A DNA stretch of 61,969 nt, the filler included, from Hausera hauseri (Eukaryota): assembly GCA_046269625.1 (NCBI GenBank). It is 11 parts of 11 records of this genome, joined end to end, with 100 filler letters (N's around TTAATTAATTAA, not from the genome) between each part and the next. Parts side by side here need not be neighbours in the genome. Positions count along the whole stretch, not along the records: positions 11,715 to 15,757 come from JBJURY010721102.1; positions 15,858 to 20,643 come from JBJURY010436138.1; positions 20,744 to 24,719 come from JBJURY010844858.1; 8 more parts are not named here. The stretch is one strand, 5' to 3'. Of the stretch, positions 13,415 through 24,719 are shown in pieces; position 1 is the first letter of the stretch; each line of letters begins with the position of its first letter. The notes beneath the pieces were generated by a model. That model made no database searches. It was not told the DNA's origin and saw nothing but the letters and a program-made list of their open reading frames with translations. The translations under genes were made by a program, and so were the position numbers.

Positions 13415-15757
13415 ACACCAACACTGCAAAGTGCAATATTATGCACTTCAAAATTTGAAAACGTTGAAGGTGACAGGAAACAATGGTACCTGTTACATCG
13501 AACTATACCATATGCCAATGATTTTATTACCGACGTAGACGAAATGCTTTAGAAGAAAATGGCCAACTACACGGAAAAGAGTAGTGGGTGGCGAATTATA
13601 CGAACTGTCTCCCTCGGCTTTATCATAACAAAGTCGAGTGACATAATATATTTATCTGGACGATCATTCATACCGACACCTGCAGCTCTGAAGCAGTCTG
13701 CGGCGGTAGTAAATGTAAAAAATACTAACGATAAATACTGTTTTCTTTACAGTATTCTGATGGTGTTAAAACATGATAAAGTGATAAGAAAACATGCTAG
13801 TAGTCCAAGTCAGTATCGGCCGTATTTTTGCGGATTGGATTTTGATGGAATCTTGATGCCGATGAAATTAAAAACCATACCAGCCTTCGAACGGCTTAAC
13901 TCGACACTAGAAACCAACGTTTTCCCGTACAACTCAATAGTAGAAATACCGGGAGATGAAGAAATCTATATGAATCCCCGTGTGGATATAATTTATCGTA
14001 GTCGCAACCCAAATGGCCGCCAAGTAAATATGTTGCTATTGGAACAAAAATAAAAGTACCATTACGTTGTAGTGAAAAATCTGGAGAGACTGCTGAACAT
14101 AGAACATGACCACTTCAAAAAACGGATACAGCGTAAATGGTGTCCCGTATGTCTGCACGGATTCAGATCAGAAACAATGTTGGAGAAACATGTAACTCTA
14201 TGCAGACAAAATTCGTCAGGAGCCACAATGTATGTCATGCCCGTCAAAAAGGAACTCAAGTTCACAGATCGGTCAAATACAGACAGTCTAGCATACGTAG
14301 TATATGCCGATATTGAAGCTATCTTACCAAGGCACAACGTATATGACCAAAAACATGTTCCAATCACGTCGGTATGTTGTTTGTCTCAATAAAAGCCACA
14401 GGTCAATCTCAGTACTATGTTTTCCACGAATGGAATTGTGTACGCGATTTCTTGCAGCAGTTTCAAGCCATAGTGGAAACTGAAATCGCACCCAGGTATA
14501 GTAGAAATAGCAACAAACCCTTGATGTGGACAGATGAATATGAATACCTGACGTTTGCAGTCACAGACGAATGTTACCTGTGCCACAAAATATTACCGTT
14601 TGACGCACTGGAATGGCTCGTACAGGATCACAATCATTTTTCTGGTAGATATCTCGGAGCAGCATGTAATTCATACAATTTTCCATGGCGTGTGCGGCCA
14701 TTTTTATCGATGGTATTTCATAACTTTAAGGGTTACGATTGTCACCATATTTTTAAATGGGCAATAAGCGGATTTCCGCATTGGAAACTATCTGTAATTC
14801 CGACTACAATAGAGAAATAACTGTCACTGTCTGCACATATTAACCGGTTCCAAGTACGATTCTTTGATTCACTGCCATTCCTCAATGAATCTCTGGTCGT
14901 ATGAGCGGCTCCAGACGCAAACGAATTACCATCGCAAAGGCCCGGTATCAAAAAAGATCACAGAAAATGAATATCACAGAGCGCAGTCGTTTTTGACAGA
15001 GCTCGGCTGTAGAAACCTGTTGTAGTACATGCTTCACTATCTGAAATAGAATGTATACCTGTTAGCCAATGTGTTTCAGACATTTTGAGCTAAAGCGTTG
15101 GCAGAAGATAGGTTGGAGCCACTCAACTTTTGCTCAATACCCGGAATGAGTTAGGCGTCAGCTCTGATGCTACTGAATCCGGATATCGAGCTATTGCAAG
15201 ACCCGAAAATGTACCTAATGTTTGATGTTGGTATTCGTGGTGGCATGACATTTGTCAGCAAGCATCACGTAATCAGTGATGATACCATATCACTATTGTA
15301 TATCGACATTAATAACCTGTACGGCTGGGAACTTTCGCAACCACTGCCGTACGGTTCATTCGAATAAGTGGTTGACAAACAGGACATGGACGCATTACTG
15401 GAAAATCTGCAGAGAGAAAACACGACAGAAAACAGCTCAATCGGATACCTGATGGAAGTCGATCTCGTGATACCAGATGAGCTGCATGACTTACTGGATG
15501 AACTACCGGTAACACCAATCAGCCAATATCTGCCGGGCTGGAAGGTGAAGAAGGTGATTATGACTCATGAATCCAAGCAAAATTATATAGTTCATTGGCG
15601 TCTGTTGCAATTTTACATATACTCGTCACACAGCTGCATTGTGCAATCCGATTAGCACGGGCACTGATATTCAAGCCGTATATCAGTCAGAATTCGGAAA
15701 ACGAGCTGCAGCATGTGCGAAGTTTGAAAAGGACTGCAGCAAACTGAAAAAAATATA
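13350..15757 (+). pseudogene. Protein-primed DNA polymerase B (pPolB) of a Polinton/Maverick/adintovirus-like element, frameshifted
   Basis: SGW...GRSFIPTP..VNVKN..CFLYSI; C2H2 CPVCLHGF..LEKHVTLC; ExoI VYADIEAIL; endonuclease-VII-like CYLC..VQDHNHFSGRYLGAACNSYN; ExoII FHNFKGYD; IRGGMTFV; motif A LYIDINNLYG. Confidence 0.9.
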
Positions 15758-15857
15758 NNNNNNNNNNNNNNNNNNNNNNNNNNNNNNNNNNNNNNNNNNN
15801 NTTAATTAATTAANNNNNNNNNNNNNNNNNNNNNNNNNNNNNNNNNNNNNNNNNNNN

Positions 15858-18800
15858 GTGGCTAAAAACGAATATGAGCACAAATTACGACTAATGGAAG
15901 TTTACCACGGTCTGCGCGAACCAGAGACGGCATATAAACGCTGTATTGCACCGCCAAGACTTACTGATATGGCAGGGAAAAAAAACCTTCCTACAATAAA
16001 TAAAAAGTTGGATGAAATAGAAAAGCCTGAAACTCCAGGCGAAGTAGATTCGGATGTAGAACCAAAATATACTTTAAAAATAATAACTAAGGAAGCAGAG
16101 GTCGACGAAAAAGAAGAATTTCTTAAACCACTTTTACTTAAAATTACCAAGAATAGATGCCGCAGCCCATCACTGAGACGACAACGTAAAGGCCGTTTGA
16201 GATCCCCAATGATTAAGGAGAAGCCGAACACAAGGAGAGAAACCGAAATCGCGTTAGAAAGCGACACAGAGTGTGCATCGAGTATTCTGGGAATTAATTT
16301 AGTTACGCCAAGCAGAATGGATGAGTCGACGAAATCTATAAACGAGATAAACGACATATATCCTTTACCAACTAGCGAAGAGGAAACGGAACAAGAGGAG
16401 AAATTTGATCCTAAAAAGTGGAAAATCAGACGCTCGTGAAAAATGCAGAGTAGTTAAAAAGAATGCGGATGAATTGTCGCAACCCACAGGTATTACGACA
16501 GAACCTAGAGAAGCTCAAAGCAATGAGCGAACAAGTGGATATTTCTGGTAAGGAACAGCAGTTTGTAGAAAGACTGTATAAAAATATGAAATTATGTATT
16601 GATGGGAAACTAAGTGAAGCTATAGACTTGAATGAGCCAGAAGAAGTGGCAATAAAAACACTAATCCAGTGGAAACGCAAATTAGAACGCTGGACGAAAG
16701 GTGAGATGAAAATTCCGGAGACGTGGGATAAAACTACCCAAAACATTGAAACTAGGATCAACCAGGCTCAGTCTTTATTAGCTACATTAGAAGCCAACCC
16801 GAAATTAAAAAGAGTAGTACGTAATTTGAAGCGTGTCATGGACGAAATTAGATTCATCATAGTCGAGCAACTAAAAAAAAACCCGGTCTAAGAACGAGAG
16901 GCAAACGAATTAGAGATGTTGGACATAGATCCCATAGATATTCCACCTTAACGGAAATGATAAAGATCGCTTCGACGGCCTCCAAGCAATATACAAATCT
17001 GGAGAATCGAATTAAAATTGAAGCCGAAAAACGGTTCCAGATATATGGTCTAAGGAACAGAATTATGCAACCAACTAATAATAAGACACAAGAAATAATT
17101 CTGGCTTGTATCCTCGAATTTGACGAATATAAAGACGAGTTCGGTTATGCCTGTCGGGTTATTGATTTCATCAAAGGTCCATACGATGAGATAAAAGACG
17201 CCCGTAAATTGTTAGATAAAGCGATATTGGCAAAGCCAGAAATGACTAATCATTTGAACGAATGGTCCAAGTAATAACAAGGTTGAGTGAATTGATAAGC
17301 AGTCGAAAAAACGAATTTTGGGAGAGCAAGCTCACAGTGAAAAAGCAATTAGAGGAAGACGCCCGGAATCTAGATACAATGAAAGCAAAAATTTATATCC
17401 GAACCCAATTCGAGACGCTGCGTCAATTAGATTTTATGGAAAGGAAACAAGAGATTCTGATACTAGAGGATATATATAAGATGATCAAAGAAACAAACTT
17501 CATGCGGAAATGGAATGCGACTTGCGATTTCTATCCGAGATTGACAGATGTCCGCTTAAAAGAGATACGGTATTTGACGGCCAAGCCTATCGAAGAAATC
17601 TCTATCCGAGATTTTAAAACCTTGGACTTTTGTCCCGAATATCGGTCGATCGCTGAAGAAGCGGTGACATTCTTACATCAACTACAGGAAAGGATGGCTG
17701 GAACTGATCAAAGATACCATACCGAACTAACTAAAATAAGGAATGACCAACATCTTAATTTCGAAGAGGCTAAGTTCCTTAAAAGGTTACTCGACGAAAT
17801 AAATCCAGACTCAAAAATTATCAATGAGATGTATGAATTAGTACTACTGATGGTAGAAATGGCAGAAATTAGCGACGAGAAACTAAGGCAACTGTTAAAG
17901 CAGATACAGCAAGTCGAAGAAACTTGCGTTAAGACGAAACAGAGCGATGATATTAGACGAACTGACTAGAGAACTCGAAGTCTATAAAAGCAAATGCGCC
18001 CTTACAGAAGCCGAAAAAGCTGATACGTCACAATTCATTCAAAGATGGCAAAGAGATGTCACGTCTGAGCTAACAAAATATCAAGGAAAAGGGCTAATTT
18101 CACCCGAAGAATTATGTTCGTTGTTAACATTGCTCCACCAAACGTCCGCTAATAGACGGTGTTTCCGAACGACGAAAATGGTTCAAATGCGATAGAAACT
18201 ACAAGAACTCAGAGCAACTACATGGCCCCCAGGTGTAGACAGGCCAACCGATATACCGTCGAGGAGCTATCAAATGCCAGATAAAGACAATGAACCAGAT
18301 TGGGAGGCCTATTTAGACGCAATGATTGCCGAGAATCCGAAAACCCCATTACAATTGGAGGAAATGGAGGTATATTCTCCGGATTAAGGGTTCAACGTCG
18401 AAATGCTCCTGGACCCAGCACAAACGGAAAAAGATTTAACTCAGTTGATCGAGGTAAATCTCACTGAAATTTAATTAAGACGGTTAGTCCCCACTCTAAC
18501 TAAATTAGCTAGCGAAGGTATGATCTTCAATACACAACCTAAGCTTTTACTCAAGGAATATGCCAAAATTCTAAAAGCAAAAGCGGAAGAGTCGATTCTA
18601 ATAAAAATAGCATCAGACTGGATGGACGAGAAGGAACAAGAGTTCACTACGTGCTCCCTTGTAAAGGATGTATTACCGTGGATAAAGAATAACGGATACG
18701 CCCATGAGCTGAGCCATAGACTTTATTTCCGAGGAAGGATACTAGACGAGATGGAATTATTAATAGAAGTCGGAATTATTCCGGGTAAAGTGAACCGGTT

Positions 18801-19500
18801 AGTGGTAACCACCACTATCGACGAAACAAAGGAGGAGGCTATGAGGAAGGCTAAAGCAGAACAGCAGGTAGGACGAATTATAGGAGTCCGAGATACAGCA
18901 GTATATTTTGAGTACCTACAAACGGATAGAGATAATCAGCAATACGACAAAAATTTAGTAGCGATCGATGGCAGTGCACCTGCTATAACCATACAAAAGC
19001 CTCATGTCGGCAGACCACGGAAAATGCGGGAGAAGATTGACTATAATGGAGACTTAATCAGGGAATTGAGGCCAATGTCTATACCAACGGTTAGCGCGGA
19101 TAATGAGGAACTGAACGAACTGATGAAAGATTTGATACGAGTAGTAAACCACTCTAGCCTCAGCGGTGATATATTGGATGAGAAAGAGAAGGCCATATTA
19201 AATGCCGCCAAGGCCATAAAAAGCCTCTGGTGTAAATTATCCAGAAGTACATTAAGCGATGAAATGATAATTGAGAAAATTATGGTGGAAAATACCACAG
19301 AAGAATTAAGAAAAGTACTGCTATATCTGGCCATCAAAACTAACCCAAATTGAGAAAATAAATTTAACAAGGCTATTAGTTTGGAGAGAAAGGCTGCTAG
19401 AAAAATACCTCGAAAGGTGAACTGGTCTAAATTATTTGAAAAAGAGGAAGTACATCAGAGTGGATTCTTCTTTGATAACACAGATTCGGACACCTGCTAC
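15858..19500 (+). pseudogene. Long helical/coiled-coil accessory polyprotein region of an env-bearing LTR element, broken into several ORFs
   Basis: Consecutive same-strand ORFs 15858-19353; start (NEYEHKLRLMEVYHGLREPET...LLLKITKNR...EINDIYP..FDPKK) is homologous to the region directly after gag at 55295-55837. Confidence 0.65.
18595..18810 (+). other. Internal ubiquitin-like domain (no terminal GG) in ORF 18520-19353
   Basis: ILIKIA...VKDVLPWI...HRLYFRGRILDEMELLIEVGI...NRLVV aligns without gaps to ubiquitin MQIFVK...IENVKAKI...[21 protein letters not shown]...LHLVL. Confidence 0.7.
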
Positions 19501-19536
19501 GAAATGTAACTGGAAATCGCAGAGAAAACGAATCGA

Positions 19537-20643
19537 ATTGGCTAATAAACTTTCTGACCATGATGATGTTGATATGACAAATGGGAGCAGTCAGTGTATG
19601 ACTGTGACAAAAATATTCGTTAATGGACTTGGAAATGTGCGACGATGCGAGGCCCAACAGATTAAAAACAAAAGAGAAAAGTAATATATTATATCAACAA
19701 CGCGAACTAGTTACCTTGGATGGAGTAGAATGTATGTTGCGGCGATCTCGTAGCATTTTCCATTGTGGACTGGTACATGGGCACTTGTCAATAATTAAGC
19801 CAACAACACCACTAATTCCGATAAATTTGGAGAGACAGCATTGTAAGCAAGCTAGAGAAACGGGAAGAATAAAATGGGACGGTATGGAAATGGAAATGCA
19901 GCAAGGTAAAATAATTAGGGTGTACAAAGTGGCAGCAGGCAGACTAGATATGCACACCGGACATTGTCAAGATGCAGAATACGATGCTGGAAAGGGATTA
20001 GAGTCAAACGTCGTGGTAGTAAACTTTTACGAAACCGAAATGCGTATTCAGAAAGTGATGTTTCATAGTGTTACTAAATTTTACACTGAAAATCACAAGT
20101 GCCATATTCAGGATGGCACATGCCCGTTCCGAAGTTCCGTAGTAATTTGGGAACCTCCAGCCAAGACCGATTGCAACTTTATCAGAAATAAAGAACTTAA
20201 GTTCAACGAGACGACAGGAAAACGATATATAAGTAGCATGGAAACTAACTCTAAAACACGAGAAGATGTAGCTGAACAGTCTACACCCACTATACTGATT
20301 TCTGATACTCAAGGATTAAAATTTGTAAAGAAAGCTGTGCTCACCAGATGCGACGTCGTAATGTATGCCACCAACTACGAAGCATTTTTCGTAGCCGAGC
20401 CAGAAATAAACGCCAGAACGTTCAAACTCAAGACTCAGGACATCCGGATCGAAGACTATTTGAAGAACAGAGATGACTATTTCTACTATAAATGACAAGC
20501 CGGAATAGCCGAATTGTATTATAAGATGATAATAAACGACTGCAAATTGGATTTGGAAATCATGAAAACTAAACTAGCTCTAATATATGCAAATTCCGAG
20601 TTGGCATCACCAATAATTCCGATGAAGGAAGGTGTTTTTGGAC
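19537..20643 (+). pseudogene. Chuvirus-like (class III/gB-type) envelope glycoprotein, N-terminal half, copy 1
   Basis: Hydrophobic signal-like WLINFLTMMMLI, then VYDC (19594-19605), ECMLRRSRSIFHCGLVHGH, CKQARETG, CHIQDGTC..VIWE, NDCKLDLEIMKTKLALIYAN; cut by contig end. Confidence 0.75.
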
Positions 20644-21051
20644 NNNNNNNNNNNNNNNNNNNNNNNNNNNNNNNNNNNNNNNNNNNNTTAATTAATTAAN
20701 NNNNNNNNNNNNNNNNNNNNNNNNNNNNNNNNNNNNNNNNNNNGACAGACCGCAGGCCAGGGCTCTGAGCTCCAGCCCAGACGAGGTTCCAGTACCGCGC
20801 CGTCGACGCCGGTTGGAGCCAATACTACTCGAATCAACACCGACGGACTCCAGTTCGGACGACTCTCCGACCCGTCCATGTCGTGCAGCCAGGAACGACC
20901 CGGCACTCTCATCAGCCGACGATTCGTACGCCTCGGCGGACGAAATAATTATTAAACAAAATAAATGTTCGAAATTCTATTTGTTCTTTATTTTGTTCAT
21001 TTTTCTTACGTGTTTTATTTCAATAACCTTGTAAAACACACTCACTAAAGC

Positions 21052-21770
21052 AGGGATCTCGAAAAAGGTTTTGAGAATGAACTCAGTGGAAACCTTTTTA
21101 AAATATGTAAAGCATTGTGCCTGACATGCGCAGATTACGATGCTTCTGAATTACGAGCTGCCACGAAAGGTTTGGGAACAGATGAAGATTCGCTCATTGA
21201 AATCACCTGTACAAGAACGAACGCCCAAATAAAATCCTTCAAACAAGCATATAAACGATGGTATCCAACTCGCGAGTTGGAAAAGGATATTCAGAGTGAA
21301 ACGTCACGTGACTTCAAAAGGTTACTTATTTCATTGCTTCAAAGAACTTGAGACGAAAGCAAAACTTTTGATCCAAATGCGGCAACCCAAGATGCAAAGG
21401 AATTGTATGATTCTGGAGAAAAGAAATGGGTACCGATGAGTCAAAATTCAATCAAATTATTCCAAATCGTTCCAATCCGCATTTACGGGCTGTATTTGAA
21501 GAATACGAAAATTTAAGTAAGAAAACATTGGAAGAAGCTATTAAATCTGAAATGAGTGGTGATGTGAAAAATGCTTATATTACATTTGTCCGATGTGTAC
21601 AAAATAAACCCCGATATTTTGCTTTGGCTCTTCAAAAATCAATGAAAGGACTTGGTACAGACGGTAGAACGTTGTTGAGAATTGTTATAACGCGATGTGA
21701 AATTGACATGGTTCAGATAAAAGCGGCATTTTTATCAGAATTTAATCAAACACTTGGGCGATGGACCAAA
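21052..21770 (+). pseudogene. Annexin fragment (repeats 1-4, intronless, with stop and frameshift)
   Basis: [48 protein letters not shown]; TGA at 21349 and frameshift near 21426. Confidence 0.9.
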
Positions 21771-22379
21771 GGCCTCATTGAGAATATTATCAGTAGCCAA
21801 GTCAAAATCGTTCATTTGAAGCTTATTAGCCCAATTATTCGTCTTTTGAGTTTTTGTCATGATAACAGACATAAATTTCGACAATTTCTTAAGACAAAAG
21901 GAGTGGTTCAAATAATTCTGAAAGAATTATTAGATTCTAAAGCATCAATTCACAAGAAATTAAAATTGTGAATTGAAAAAGATTCCTAATCAGACAGAAG
22001 TTTCTCTGAGATCGTTGACGAAGATGGAGCCGTCGAATTGGAAAACGACGTCTTTCTTTCACAGTTCCAACTGACAGATGCACATAAAGGTAATCCAATA
22101 GTTGTTGCAACATATATTAAACGGTATATGGAAGCTCTAATGACATTTGTCTATACAGATCATTTAGTTTGCCCTCGATTGTTGCACTCATTCGCAAACA
22201 TGCCTGGTGAAACCAGCAACGCGTCTTTGGAACGGCAAACTACGACGAACAGCCAGAGAGACCATCGGCCACCTTGCATTTTCGTGCTCGCCGTGCCGGG
22301 GCGGAGGTCCCGACCGCCAACCCTGCGCCGGTCGATCGGACGGCGCCTTCGGCGTCGGCCCACATTACGCCTTCAGGCG

Positions 22380-24719
22380 CACCACTTCCACTTCCATTTT
22401 CTTTTTTTTTCACCAGTCTACATATCTACACCCTCAATACATCATACCCACACATCCCAACCCTTCGTACCTCTATTTCACTTTAATCAATTCTTCTGAT
22501 CTTTATTTCACCATAACGGCGCTATCATAACTCTCAACGGACCCCTACCATTTTTCTGAAGCCACATTTGCCTGCACATACATCTTCGTATCCGTGGTGG
22601 CATGAACTCATCGCCAACTATTGACACCACGGATAAAACCACCACAAAATCCATACCTGTCATACTACTCCAAAAGCCCACTCCTAACTCTGCCAACTAC
22701 CTCTCACCTATTACCTCTTCAGCTCCTTTCCCCAACTTCATCGAGCTTTTCATCGACAACTAAGGTTCTAGAAAAACTTCGCTGCAATTTCACCAACTTT
22801 GGCCGCAAGCAAATAATATCACCAACTTTTTAACTAGAGCCCATAACCTTCTTTTCCTACTGCCTAACAGTATAAAAACCCGCATCCACAACATCATTGA
22901 AATCTTTGAACTTTCTGATCCATATACCCAACTTTCTAACGCAGTTCTTAAAATCACCGTGCCTTCCCTGGACACGATCATACAGCGTTTCTTCCACGAC
23001 AACGTTATAGGCACCAAACGGCCATCAGAATTCTTACGTACATCCTTAGCGCACGTACATACTCTCGGCGTCACTAAAGAGCACAACCCAGAACTACTGC
23101 GCCACTATTTTCTTAATGCGGTACCTATCCAAATTCGGGCCCTACTTACCGTGGTGGGGAACTCCACGCCGCTTGATAAATTGGCCGAATTAACCGATAG
23201 GGCACATGATGTCCTACAAATAAATTCTCCACCAATCGTTTCAGCAGCAGTTGCCGCTAATGATAATACATCCATAGAACAACAACTTAATCAGCTACGT
23301 GCTGAAAACATTGCACTACATGCAACAATCAACAACATCAATAATAAATTGAACGAATTGTCTCTGTCCCGACGAGGGGGTTTTGCCGTTAACAGCGCCC
23401 GTTCTGTATCCAGAAACCGTACACCATCGCCTGCGCGTTCGTCGATCTGCTATTATCACAGCAGATTCAACACTAATGCTCAGAAGTGCTGCCTAGGGTG
23501 CAAGTTTTACAACAAGAATTTTTTTTCGGACACCGTTGTTTGCATCTACCATGCAAGGTTAAACATCAAGATCGTAAATGCCTTCCAGGTTGCGCTTTCA
23601 AATCCAATACGAACGACGGACGTACTGCCTTCCCTTGTAATAGTCGTCCTAATTCACCCTTTCAAAAAAACTAAGTTCGCCGCCAGAAGTCACGGCAAAC
23701 CCTGGCAATGGCAATCCTTTACATTCTGAACGCCGACACGTCTCTTTTGCTGTCTTTACTCTAAAGGCTGCAATCACTGCTCCTACAACACAATTTGTTG
23801 ACTTTCTCATCGATATAGGTGCAGCGATTTCTCTATTGTCACAAACCTTTCCTACACAAAATACTCCATTCAAGATCAAATCCTTATACACTGCTTCAGG
23901 CCAACTGCTGCACATTTCTGGCACAGCAACATTATCTTTCACTTTACCAAATTTCTCCTCACCTTTCCACTGGACGTTCACAGTCGCTAACGTCCTGTCG
24001 GCAACTCTAGGATCTGACTTTCACTCACATTATAATCTACTGGTTGACTGCAGTCAGCTATGTTTGAGGAACGGCACCACTGGCGACATTTCTGGACATG
24101 TAAATAGCGTTTCGACTACCGCGCAGTCGATCGGAATGCGGAAGTCAATCTTAAAAAATTCAACGAATGATTCGATTTTGTATAACAATAATTCCATTTG
24201 TAAATTTTTAAATAATAATACTGACATTCGATCGAAGTTCAATGTCGATAATTGTGGTACTGCCACCAACGCTATCTCATTCGACAAAAATACCTCAGCC
24301 AACATCATTTTCAATTCAACCATCTTACACCAAATACCACTTGACTGCACATCACCAAACAACTTACACATTGCATCTGCAACTACTCAAGCCGTTTCAC
24401 CACATTCACCGAATCTCTCACAGTTACCTACAACTCTACAACAGTTCGTCAATACATCATACCCACACGTACTTAAAAAAGACCGTACCTTTACTCCCGC
24501 AAACAGCACTTTATACCACATACTCACACAACACCAACATCCAATATGCTAAAGAGTACGGCCTCTGTTACCTTGTCGCAGACAAGCAGTAGTAGCCGAA
24601 TTTCTCGAATCAGAACATTCCGGCATAGTACGCCGTTCCAAATCTCCTTGGTCATTACCTTTAAACGTTGTACAAAAAGGACGGTACCTTTAGACCATGC
24701 GGTGACTAACGACAGCTAA
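22380..24719 (+). mobile_element. Ty3/Gypsy CsRn1-like copy B: UBL-gag (two CHCC motifs)-frameshift-protease-RT start
   Basis: HIHLRIRGG|MNSSPT at 22575-22619 in frame with gag ORF 22959; CYYHSRFNTNAQKCCLGC; slippery AAAAAAAC 23664-23671 before TAA; FLIDIGAAISLL protease; IVRRSKSPW..RPCGD RT. Confidence 0.9.

Noticed and set aside
15234-15248. IRGGM in ORF 15167 as another UBL terminus
   Set aside because: It is the conserved (I/Y)xGG motif of family-B DNA polymerases, directly before motif A
21770-21971. Ric-8-like identity for the sequence fused to annexin
   Set aside because: Only a short resemblance (ISPIIRLLS...RQFLK); not enough to name
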